Origin: the human T2T-CHM13v2.0 reference genome, Homo sapiens
NCBI RefSeq assembly: GCF_009914755.1
Contig: NC_060925.1
Length of the DNA stretch: 64,000 nt
Reading direction: 5' to 3' (one strand)
The position numbers were made by a program, and so were the translations under genes. Under the pieces are notes generated by a model that was not told where the DNA came from, searched no databases, and saw nothing but the letters and a program-made list of their open reading frames with translations. Of the stretch, positions 38,047 to 49,096 are shown piece by piece; position 1 is the first letter of the stretch; each line of letters begins with the position of its first letter.

Positions 38047-38447
38047 TGTAAGGCTCTTGTATCGGTTTGAACCCTGAAAGCGCACCAACGAACAACACAA
38101 GGCGGTGTGGAGCAACACGCTGTTTTAATGTGTGCCTGGGTGCAGACGGGCTGAGGCTTAAAAGGGCATCAGCACCAAATGCGGACAGGGCAGCAGTTTT
38201 ATAGTCTCCTGTAAACAGGAAGTGTCTCAGTCTGATGTAACTGCTATGCAGTACCTGGACAGCAGTACCTCTCTCGGTCTTCAGGGGGTACATGTCTTCC
38301 GGCCAGTTCTCTTCCTGCTTCTGCCATCTTGCTGACAAACACTGTTGGCACAAGTGGTCTTGTGCCTTGGGACTAGGCCTCAGAAGTGAGGAGTTATTCA
38401 CCACCACCTCCCCCCGCCGGCTTCCAGGCCCTGGGGAAAGTCTTTCA
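38047..38447 (-). repeat. 3' LTR (MER48-like)
   Basis: tgaaagactttcccc...gagccttaca on the minus strand; TATAAAA at 38197-38203, ATTAAA at 38124-38129, ETS site caggaagtg. Family name from recall. Confidence 0.9.
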
Positions 38448-38550
38448 TTCTTGTCTATTTGGTTATAGAAAAAGGGAAAAGCGACGACTTTCTCAATAAC
38501 TACTTCAAGCGTGACATAGGGGGTGGTGTGGCCACCTTGGAAACAAAAAC

Positions 38551-38925
38551 TTAATTTTGGGGGTATTTTTGAGAGATGGGTTGGTATTCATCATGTCGTT
38601 GCAGCAGGAGCATCGTCTGGATTGTCTGGTGGTTAACTATGGTTTCAACAAGACTTTTATTAGCTTTTATTATTAGTGGGATAATACAGGGGAGAAACAG
38701 GAGGAGCCCAGTGATGAAGATTACTGTCCCTACCAGCATTTTAAATCCTCTTAAATTAGAGAACCACCCTCCTAGAATGTTTGTTGGGTCCCATCCCTTC
38801 CAGGTTTGGACTGGTACATGGGCTACTTTTCTGATGTTTGAAGCGATTTATAGTACTGTTTTTCCATTATCGTCTATGTTAAGACAACAATTGGAGATAT
38901 TAAACTTACCACAAACCTCACCTTC
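38551..38925 (-). pseudogene. env remnant: C-terminal TM only
   Basis: [46 protein letters not shown]...MLVGTVIFITGLLLFLPCIIPLII (cysteine loop, membrane anchor). One internal stop; SU absent. Confidence 0.9.
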
Positions 38926-41738
38926 TGAAGTTGTTTGGAACTACCCACCTGGAGAAAGTACAGACAAAGACTAGAAGATAGTGGAGCTGTTTATCGGGTG
39001 GGATGTGAGTGAAGTCTACTTGCCAATCTTGCCCAGGTACCTGTCTCTGGGCTTGGTGGGTAGGAAAAGGCAGTGGCTGGAGGGAGCCCTGGGGTGACAC
39101 TGAGTGGCAGATAGAGCAGGACTGGGTGATTTCTTGAACACAGCTGGAAAGGTGAGGACAAGTGAGAATAGGGCGGAGAAGTTGTAAGAGAGGTTTGGAA
39201 CTGACATGGAAAAGTTGTGGAGACTTTGGGGGATAGGGATTGTTTGAGAGTGAGGAAGAACGAAGCGCCCTTCCTTGACCTACCATGGTCCTTGCTTTTG
39301 AAGGTTTTGGGCTCAGAAGTCCTCCTTTTCTTCCGAGGATTAAAGAGGAGAGAACAAGGACAGGGACAAAAACTGGCCTTGCACAGGTTGTAGGTGTACT
39401 TGTTTGGCTACCTAATCTGCTAGTGCATTTCCAGCTGCTATAGGATCGTATGGAGTTTGGTGGCCCCTGCAATGAATGATGGCAACTTTCTGTGGGAGCC
39501 TGGCAGCTTGAAGGAGTTTGTTGATGAGAGAGCCATGTATGACAGGAGTGTTTTTTGCAGTTAGGAAACGCTGTTCTTTCCAGATGGAAGAGTGTGAGTG
39601 CACTATGTGGAATGCATAATGAGAATTTGAATATATGTTGATCTGTTGTCTGGCTGCTAGAGTGAGAGCTTGAGTGAGGGCAATGAGTTCAGCTTTTTGG
39701 GAGGTGGTTCTTAGAGGGAGCATATTGGCTTCAATAGTGTGTGGGGGGTGACACTATAAAATAGCCAGCATGTTGGTGTCCTTGATGTAGGAAGGAGCTG
39801 CCATCTACAAACCAAGTAAAGGAGGCATCTGGAAGGTGTTGGTCTGTTAGGTTTGGAAAATGTATAAGAAATGTTTGAACAGTGTTCACACAGGAGTGCG
39901 TAGGGTCTTGGGTGGTTGTAGCTTCAGGTAAGAGTGTAGCCAGGTTTAGACAGGAGCTGGTTAGCATGGTGATGTGGGGAGTTTCTATGAATAGAGCATA
40001 GAGTTGGAGGAGCTGTTGGGCAGAGATGAGACTTAGTACACTGCAGTGAGCTAGCATGTCTTTGATGTTATGGGTTGAATAAACTGTTAGGTTGGCATGA
40101 AGAGATAGTTTTAAGCTTTCAAGGGTGAGGATAGCAGCTGCCGCCAATGCTTGGAGGCAGGCAGGCCATCCAAGAACTGTGGCTTCAAGCTGTTTAGGCA
40201 ACAACCTGGAAGGTGGGTCCCTTAGACTGGGTTAGAACACTTATTGCAACTCCACATCATTCATTGGTGTAGAAGGAGAAAGGTTTGGTGAGGTCTAGGT
40301 CTGGGAGAGTGAGGACGGGGGCTGAGGCGAGAGCCTTCTGGAGTAGACGGAAAGGTTAGGTAATAGGCAGTGCAGGGTTTAAAGGCTCATGGAGAGGGCC
40401 TTTAGTGGCTTGGTATAACGGTTTGGTGAGTAGAGCGAAGGAGGGAACTCAGAGCCTAAAATATCCTGCTAGTCCTAGAAAAGAGATAATTTCTTGCTTA
40501 GTTTGTGGAGGTGGGAGGGACTGGAGGAGGGATATGCCATCGGTTGTGAGCCCTCGGGTTTGCGGGGTAAGAGCTAGGCCTAGATAGGTGACTGGGGGGG
40601 TGCTTATTTGTGCTTTCTTAGGGGAGACCTGATGCCCCCATTCTGCCAAGAAGTTTAAAAGAGAGATGGTATGGACATTGCAGTCTCTTTGAGAGGGTCT
40701 ACATAGGTGTAGATCATCAACATACTGAAGGAGAGTGGATGGTTTTAGGGATAAGGTACAGAGGTCACGAGCCAGGGCCTGCCCAAAAAGGTGGGGGCTG
40801 TCTCTGAAACCTTGAGTTAGTATGCACCAGGTAAGCTGATGTGAAAGGTGGGTGTCGGGGTTTTCCCATGTAAAGACAAAGAGGTTTTGGGAATCAGGGT
40901 GTAAAGGAATTGTGAAAACAGCATCCTGTAGGTCTAGAACAGAAAAACAGGTGGTGTTGGAGGGAATTGCAGAAAGTAAAGTATATGGTTTAGGAACTAC
41001 TGGACATACTAGGGGTATGGCTTGGTTAATGAGCCTGAGGTCCTGGACTAAGCAATAAGTTCCATCTGGCTTTTTGACAGGTAGAATTGATGTGTTAAAA
41101 GGGGAGTCTGTTGGGCAGAGTAGGTGACTGACAAGGAGGTGAGAAATGATAGGCTTTAGGCCTATGAGAGCTGCTTGGGGGATGGGATACTGCTTCTGTG
41201 ATAGGAACTGGGTGGGGACTTTAAGAGTAACGTGGACAGGGGTGTGGTGTTTTGTGATTGAGGGTGTGGAAGTATCCCAAACAGTGGGGTTAACTATGGA
41301 TGGGGGACAAGGAAAGGTTGCATGTTTTAAGGTGGGAGGTTGGAGGAGTAGAAGAAAGTTAGAAGCCCCAGAGGGGTCTGGGTTGATGCGTTGGGTACTA
41401 TGGGGAATGTGGAAGTGGAGAGTAGTGTGGAGTTTTGAAAGGATGTCTCTACTTAGGAGCAGAGTTGGGCATGAGGGCAGGACTAAGAAAGAGTGAGTGA
41501 AGGAAAAGGTGTGCAGGGAGCAGAAAAGTGGAGAGGTGGCTCGGGGTTTGGAGACTTGTCCATCAATTCCCACAACAGAGACTTGGGAGGACTGGGTGGG
41601 TCCTGAAAAATTAGGTAAAGCAGAGTAGGTTGCCCTGGTATTAATTAAAAAACATACTGGCCTACCTGCCACCATCAGGGTTACCCTTGGATCACATGAA
41701 GAGATGGTAGTTGCCGGGGTGTCTGTTCCAGGGCACTG
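38926..41738 (-). pseudogene. pro-pol remnant (protease, RT, RNase H, N-terminal integrase), frameshifted
   Basis: PR 'FLINTRATYS' (DTG decayed); RT 'QGFRDSPHLF', 'LQYVDDL'; RH 'WFVDGSS', 'QKAELIAL', 'IIHCRGHQ'; IN 'GQDWQVDFTH'. Confidence 0.92.
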
Positions 41739-43512
41739 TCAGTCTTCAGCAGCAAGGCTGATGAGATACGAGTAGGAGGTTTTGACTGGCTCAGGAAGGG
41801 ATGGGGGCAGTCCTTGTGGGGGCTGCTCACAGTCTGACTTCCAGTTGGGTCCTCCACAGAGGGGGCACAGCCTGGTGGGCTTACCTGGGTTTGGGCATTG
41901 TCTGGACCAGTGGCCTTCATTGCCACACTTGAAACAGGCACCAGGTGGAGGTGGATTGCTAGGAGGCTTCTGTGTGGAGCTGCGGCCCCGTGGGCCCACA
42001 GAGCCCCTGATGGCAGAGGCAAGCATTTGAAACTCTGCCTGTTTTTTGCCTTTTACTTTTCTCATCACGATTGTTAAGGACTTTGAAGGCTAAATTAAGA
42101 AGGTCTCGTGTGGTTTGAAGGCTGTCGTCAAGCTTCTGAAGCTTGCGCCAAATACTGGGGGTGGATTGGGAGATGAACTGAAGGTTTAAGATAGTGGTTC
42201 CTTCTGGGCTGTCTGGGTCTAGGTTGGTATACTTTCTCATGGCTTCAGTTAAACGAGACAGAAAAGGGCTGGGTTTTTGTCGGGACCTTGGGTGATTTCT
42301 GAAAGCTTTTCATGGTTGACTGCTTTATGAGCACCCTTTTTGAGTCCTGTAAGGAGACACACAATCATGTGGTCTTGATGGCGGCGTCCAGGGGCCCTGT
42401 CTTGATAATCCCAGTGGGGGGCCTGGTTGGGGACTGCCTCTGTGTCACTAGGCTGGGCAGGAGCTTGGTGATGAATTGTATCAGCATGCGCCTGAGCTAG
42501 GGTCCAGATACGGTCCCAGTCTTCTGGGGTGAGGGTGGAAGAGAGGATAACATAGAGGTCATGCCAGGTTAGTTCATAAGACTGGGTGAGGTACTGAAAC
42601 TCTCTAATATAAGAGGTAGGATCTTCTGGAAATGAACCGAGTCTTTTGTTAATTTGAGAGAGATCAGTGAGGGGGAAGGGAACATGAACTCTAACAATAT
42701 CTTTAGTTCCTGCTACTTCCCAAAGTGGGCACTCTAGCACAGGCGCTGAAGTAAGCGTGGGGCATGGGCCAAAGATGGCACCTGAGCGAGTATGGGAAGG
42801 AGAGAAGGAAGAGCCTGGAAGTGGTTCCTGCTGAGGGTTTGAATGGGGAAAGGGGGTTTGAGTTAACAGGCAGTGGAAGATAGGGGCGTAAGGTGGCGGG
42901 ATGAATTTGCAAGCCTCAGGAGAGGGCGGTGGGGGAGGACAATGGGTACAGGCAATTCTAGAATTGTCCTGAGGAGGGGACGGTGTAGAAAAAGAAGTGA
43001 ATACAGCTGACTGGGAAGATGGCAGCTGGGAAGATGGCGGCTGAGAAGCTAAAGAGGAGGCTTGGGGGTTAAAGAAGATGGTTGAGAGGGGAGAGGTAGG
43101 GGCTGGGAGAGGTAGACAGCAGACTGCTGGATCAAACAAGGAAAAAGAGGTGGGGTGGGGAGGAGGAAGGCGATCTGGGTGGTGAGAATGGAGGAGAATG
43201 ATTTGAACAGGTGAGCAAGAATTGCAGAGGTCAGGTTGTGATCTGAGTGCAAAAAGGCCTGGACATAAGGAATTTCTCCCCATTTCTCCAGTTGTCGGCA
43301 ATAATTGCTTAAATTAGTTAAAATTATAAAGTCGAATGTTCCATTTGTGGGCCATTTGGACCTGTTATGTAATTCGTACTGTGGCCAGATTGAATTGCAA
43401 AAAAAGACAAGGCGCTTAGGGCGGATATCTTGCATGAGGCCTAAGGTCTGCAGGTTTTTTATGAGGCAGCCTAGAGGCTGCCTTTTGGAATGGAAGACTG
43501 GGAATTTCCCAT
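41739..43512 (-). pseudogene. gag remnant (MA-CA-NC), frameshifted
   Basis: ATG at 43512 (MGNSQSS, myristoylation-type start); MA 'IWPQYELHNRSKWPTNGTFDF'; PPPY late domain; CA 'LGSFPEDPTSYIREF'; zinc knuckles CFKCGNEGHWSRQC and CPLCGGPNWKSDC. Confidence 0.92.
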
Positions 43513-43616
43513 AACGGAGGGTAGGCTCGGGAGAACAGGGAAAAGGAGACCATCCTGGACGGCCGGAGGGAGATGATAAAAGGAGCGATCGTCACTGCTG
43601 CCTTTTTCAAGGCCTT

Positions 43617-43883
43617 GTTCATGTTCCCTTCCCCCTCACTGATCTCTCTCAAATTAACAAGACTTGGTTCATTTCCAGAAGACCCTACCTCTTATATTAG
43701 AGAGTTTCAGTGCCTCACCCAGTCTTATGAACTAACCTGGCATGACCTCTGTGTTATCCTCTCTTCCACCCTCACCCCAGAAGACTGGGACCGTATCTGG
43801 ACCCTAGCTCAGGCGCATGCTGATACAATTCATCACCAAGCTCCTGCCCAGCCTAGTGACACAGAGGCAGTCCCCAACCAGGC
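43617..43883 (+). repeat. Inverted duplicate of gag segment 42421-42689 lying in the proviral leader
   Basis: Reverse complement matches over 267/269 nt with 4 substitutions and one 2-nt indel. The plus-strand ORF 43573..43887 repeats the CA peptide. Confidence 0.95.
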
Positions 43884-44159
43884 TTAGAGGCATCCCCCTA
43901 AGACCAGATGATCAGTGAGTGCCTGGCACATGCCAGAGCCTTCTTGGACCAACATTGGATCTTTGGATTGGAGAAACCAAGAGAGGCCACGTGGATTTTT
44001 CTCTGTTAACGCGGCTCCTGGGAAATTTATCAGTAGATGAGATCAGTGACTGGTGTGCATGCACAGAGAGGTGACTGGAGGCTGAGGAGCTTCCTTTGTC
44101 CGGTTGCTGTGGACTACCGTCCAGGGTGGAAGGACACAAGGGACGCGGACCGGGGCCCC

Positions 44160-44177
44160 TTCCAGATTTCGGCACCA
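44160..44177 (-). other. Primer-binding site, tRNA-Phe type
   Basis: TGGTGCCGAAATCTGGAA, 2 nt after the 5' LTR; 15/18 match to TGGTGCCGAAACCCGGGA. Confidence 0.85.
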
Positions 44178-44179
44178 GA

Positions 44180-44583
44180 TGTAAGGCTCTTGTATCAGTT
44201 TGAACCCCGAGAGCGCGCCAATGAACACCACAAGGCGGTGTGGAGCAACGCGCTGTTTTAATGTGTGCCTGGGTGCAGATGGGCTGAGACCTAAAATGGC
44301 ATCAGCACCAAATGAGACCGGGCAGGGGTTTTATAGTCTCCTGTAAACAGGAAGTGCCTCAGTCTGATGTAACTGCTACAGGGTACCCGGACGGCCTCTC
44401 TCTCAGCCTTCAGGGGGTACGTGTCTTCTGCCGGCCGTCTCTCTTCCTGCTTCTGCTGTCTTGCTGATGCACGCTGCTGGCGCAAGTGTTCTTGCGCCTT
44501 GGGACTGGGCCTGAGAAGGGATGAGTTATTCACCCCCTCACCCTCTTCCCGCCCAGCTTCCAGGCCTCAGGGAAAGTCTTTCA
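44180..44583 (-). repeat. 5' LTR (MER48-like)
   Basis: Direct repeat of 38047-38447 with roughly 45-50 differences by eye; TATAAAA at 44329-44335. Confidence 0.9.
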
Positions 44584-45650
44584 AGAATGTGTTGGAGAAC
44601 TGTTCCAGTGAGCACAGGGCTAGGGTAGGAGGATGAATGTTGGTTCCTCAGGGCAGGGTACCTTTCACAGCTGTATGTGGAAGGAAGTGAGGGAGGCCTC
44701 CAAACTGAGGATGGGGGTTGGCAGGTGGACAGAAGGTACTGGTTCTAGGAATAAGCTACCCACTGAATGGGAGTTCCTAGATTGGGGTTCTTCCTGGCTG
44801 CCTTGGAGTTCTTCCATCATATCTTTGTAATTGCTTCTTTCCTTTGCATCCAGGGAAGCTTTTGCAAATGGATTGTGTTTAATTTTCAGCTGTGAGCTCT
44901 TCATTCTGATAAGCTGTCACAGTTATTTATGAACTAGGTCTCGGAAAGCAATGGCTAGTGATCATGTGTTGTGGACACCCCACTCTCACTATGTGAATTC
45001 GAGGCTGGTGCTTATTAAGGAGTTTGACATAATCAGGCCCCCTCTGTGTAGCTAGTTGTTGATCTTGACTTTGCTGAGGGAGATGGACACCTTCATCTAG
45101 TAGGGCCCTGAGTTGGGGGAATTGGGCTGGATGGGCACACACCTGAGCACCTGCAGCTCAGGCTTGCCCTCTGGCACCCATTCCTGGTTCCCACTCCTGG
45201 TTTTCTTCCAGCGCTTACTGTGGGCCTCCATGAAGTCCAGCAAGAAGGAGTACATGGCTCTTAAAGCCAGGCCAGACATGCTTGGCACTGGAAACAACTT
45301 CCTGGCATTCCTGGTGGTGATCATGTCATTGGTGAGCTCCTTGAAGCATAGCCACAACTTGCTCTCCTCCAGGCCTATGTGCCACTTTCACTCTACATGG
45401 TCACCCTTCTCAATGCCTGGCTTGTTGCTCACGCTTCATGGCTCTCAGCAGGTGGTCCACTCGGTACTGCAGGCTCTTCGATGCACACTCTTACCAGTGC
45501 TGTGGGAGCTCATTCTCCTGCCTGCCTCCCCCGCACCCCCACTTTCTTCTAAGCCCCAACTTGCTACTTGAGAACCATCTTTACCTCTCCAAGACCTATG
45601 AAGGTGCCTGGGTCCCTGTATAGACTTGGAGGAGGGTAAGGACGGAGATC
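44584..45650 (-). pseudogene. Processed Brachyury (TBXT/T) pseudogene, 5' part: 5'UTR, ATG (45513), T-box and exon 5-6 equivalent
   Basis: Intronless, frameshifted: MSS.. / SLQYRVDHLL / GLEESKLWLCFKELTNDMITTRNARKLFPV / AMYSFLLDF / EWVPEGKPE / HQPRIHIVRVGCPQHMITSHCF / VTAYQNEE / LKIKHNPFAKASLDAKERSNYKDMMEE / CPPANPHPQFGG / CERYPALRN / NSSPT. The 5' boundary is approximate. Confidence 0.93.
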
Positions 45651-45777
45651 TGGTCAGGAAAGGCACTGGTGGTAAGGGGGAAGGTTATCATACTTGAACT
45701 CCTGAAAGGCATGACTAGGGCAGACCTCTTGCTCTTTTGTTTTTGCATCCCCTGTTTTTTGGCAGGTGTTTCCCAGG

Positions 45778-46121
45778 TGTATTAGTCCATTTTCACACTG
45801 CTGGAAAGATACTACCTGTGGCTGGGTGATTCATAAACAAAAGAGGTTTAATTGACTCATAGTTCTGCCTGGCTAGAGAGGCCTCAGGAAACTTACAATC
45901 ATGGCAGAAGGTAAAAGGGAAGCAAGGACATTCTTCACATGGTGGCAGGAGAGGGAGAGAGCACACAGGGGAAACTGCCACTTTTGAAGTATCAGATCTC
46001 ATGAGAACTCCCTCACTATCAAGAGAACAGCATGGGAAAACTGCCCCCATGATCCAGTCACCTCCCACCAGGTACAATTTGAGATGAGATTTGGGTGAGA
46101 ACACAGAGTCAAACCATATCA
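45778..46121 (-). mobile_element. MST-type MaLR solo LTR
   Basis: tgtattagtcc...caaaccatatca with perfect TSD ccagg (45773-45777, 46122-46126). Confidence 0.9.
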
Positions 46122-47741
46122 CCAGGATCACAGAAGTAGTGGAAGTGGATAACTAGAAGGAAAAGGGCAAAAATCCCTTGCTTATCTGGGTGCCATCTTT
46201 CTCTTGGCCCTTGATGCTTTCCAGATGTGACATGCTTACATATGTCTTCTCTCTCCTGAGCTACACTTCTGCATCTTTGGAGGCCTCTCACTTGGGATGT
46301 CTCTGCTTTACCCTTCTTTGAATTTATCCTGAGCTCCTGCTCCTGGAGGTTGACCCCACAACCTGTTATTGAGTCAGCCCTTTTAGGCCGGGTCACACAC
46401 GATGTCTCAAGGCTGGGTTACCCTTTGCAGTGTGCACTCAGATCCTGGGCAACTCACATCGTTATGCAAAGGGTAGCCTGCTGCACACCCTCTGCACTCT
46501 ACTTTTGCACACTGGTTCCAACCAACTCTTCAGTGAGAAGCAGAACCCAAGCTCTGTGTTCATAGGCACCCAGATTCCAGAGGACATCTGTCATTTTCTC
46601 TCATGAACTGTCCCTGGATGTAGTTCAATGACATTCAGCCCATGGAGCCTGCAGTCTCTCCCAGCCTCAGTGAGCAGTTTTCTGGGAGCCCTCCAACTCT
46701 CCCACCCACCACTGCACTTAATGAGTATGTAGGAGGTGTTGGGGGGTGAGGTGACAGAGAAGCACTCTAGAGAGGAGTGAAATACTATAGCCCACTCTTA
46801 CTGGGTCTTTCCAACCGCCTCTTAAGATTAGTAAGGTTGAATGGGGTACAAAGGTGAGAGTCTAGGGGCCTTTAGTTTTCCCCTTGGAAAGCCTTGGAGG
46901 GGAATTCATTCCATGTCCTGTTATAATTATCTGGAGAGGTCAGCTCTACATTCAATTGAACCTGTGAGTGGATTTGGCAACTGTCTTGAGCTTAGCCCTG
47001 GTTGCCATAACTCATTAAGTTTCTCACAAGCATTTACTATGTTAACAGAACGCTGGGAATGGGGTGTGGGGGCGGGCGGAGAAGAAGAAGACATTCACAG
47101 TTAACACCTCTGATGACATCTCTGATAGCAAATAGATACTATTACAAGACTCTATCCACCCAAGAGCTAAATCGTTAGTCACAGATGCAAAGTGCTGTGT
47201 GGTCTTGAGTAAGCCTCTCAGTTTTCCCATCTATAAATCTAGAGTAGCAGTGCAGATTTACTTGGCAAGGTTTTTCTGAGGATTAAAGTACCCTAAATCA
47301 TGTAATTAAAATGAACATAAAGTATTTTCCAAATTTGAAGAGCCATGGAAATGAGAAAAATAATTACTAAGAGACCCAGTGAGGGGCTATGTTTGAACTG
47401 TTGGCCATTCCTTGGGCAGTAGTAATTTCCTGGCAGGAACTGGCCTGGGAGGGCCCTTGACAGATGTTGCACAGAACTAGTTTAAGAAGGGCTGACTGGC
47501 ATGTGGTTTTTATTTTATCTTTGTAAAGCTACAGTGTGAGGCCTGTGACAGCAGGAGGAGGCCGTGAGGTATTCACTTGACAGCCTGCCATTGTCAACTC
47601 TAATGGGAGAGAAACTTCAGTGGCTAGAAGGGCAGCCTCAGGTTGTAAGCGATTCATTTTTAGTTCAGCTGCAATAACTCCTGCTGGTGATTTAATCCTG
47701 TGACTTAGGAACTCTTCGTGTGTGCTTGAGTGAATGAATAA

Positions 47742-47807
47742 AAGAGAGACAGAGTGAGAGAGAGAGAGAGTGTGTGTGTGTGCACGTGTGCACACATGCA
47801 CACACAT
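47742..47807. repeat. (GA)n-(TG)n-(CA)n compound microsatellite
   Basis: Direct reading. Confidence 0.85.
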
Positions 47808-48194
47808 TCATGTGAACAATTTCTATTCACTCACTTGTGATTACCAATGGGCCACATTCTATTTAGGTTTTGGAGCCTTGGCATGAAGCATGTTTTGCTA
47901 GGATGATTTGTTTTTTGGACAAGGAAGCTAACATGGTAAGTCATATGATAATTTAGTTTATGTCTTCATTGTTGCAGAGTTTGGCTGATAGCAAGGGCAG
48001 TCGAGAATGATAGTCTCATATAGACCTTAATCCCAGCTCCTAAAGTAGAATGGAATTGTGGAAATCAAGTTTTCTGGTCTAAAATAAATGTTTTGTGGCA
48101 TTCTTATAAAAGGAACAGGTTGAAAAGTCCCTGTGGAATCTTAATTTTGCCACTGCAGATTATTGAAGACCCCAGGTGAGCAAATCAACTGTGA

Positions 48195-48591
<397 letters not shown>

Positions 48592-48749
48592 GGGATGGAG
48601 GATTTTAAAAGGAGTTGTATTGCCTTTTTGAAAAAAAAATCTAGAGGCACCCCCCCCCCCCCCGCTTTTATAATGACCCTTTTGACTGAAACTTTATCTT
48701 AAAAATTCCAGGATAAGGGATAAATTAGCCAGTTGAATGTGATTTCCAT

Positions 48750-49096
48750 GTGCTATAAATTTTCATATTCTCCCAAAATTCCTTTCTCAATGCGATGGCA
48801 TTTGGGAGTGGGGCCTTTTGGAGGTAATTAGGTCATGAGGGCAGAACTCTGATGAATGTGATTAAAGGCCTTATAAAAGAGGTTCCACAGAGATCCCTCA
48901 TCCCTTCTACCATGTGAGGTCACAGGGAGAAAGCACTGTCTGTGAACCAGAAGATGGGTTTTCACTAGACACCAAATCTACCAGAGCTTTGATCTTGGAC
49001 TTTCCAGCCTCTAGAACTGTGAGAAATCATTTCTGTTGTTTATAAACCATTCAGTTTATAATATTTTGTTATAGAAGCCCTGTTGGACTAAGATAC
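48750..49096 (+). mobile_element. MLT1A/B-type MaLR LTR
   Basis: ggaggtaattaggtcatgagggcagaac...cttggactttccagcctctagaactgtgagaaat...ggactaagata. Confidence 0.8.

Larger units (their letters stand above)
38047..44583 (-). mobile_element. Class I endogenous provirus, HERV-F/HERVH48 (HERV-Fb)-like, two LTRs, defective
   Basis: Two ~400-bp TG..CA LTRs, perfect 5-bp TSD AGAAT (38042-38046, 44584-44588), tRNA-Phe-type PBS, gag-pro-pol-env remnants. Confidence 0.95.

Noticed and set aside
38551-38925. Co-opted suppressyn/syncytin-like env gene
   Set aside because: No signal peptide or SU, and an in-frame stop within the TM ectodomain.
40449-41675. 408-aa pro-RT ORF as an active enzyme
   Set aside because: The protease catalytic DTG reads NTR, the ORF ends before the RT connection and RNase H domains, and upstream gag is frameshifted.
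44584-45513. Functional T-box gene or TBX19 copy
   Set aside because: Numerous frameshifts and stops and no introns. The termini (SLQYRVDHLL, SPPSM) fit Brachyury, not TBX19.
47770-47807. (TG)n...(CA)n palindrome as a structured RNA
   Set aside because: Explained by a compound microsatellite.
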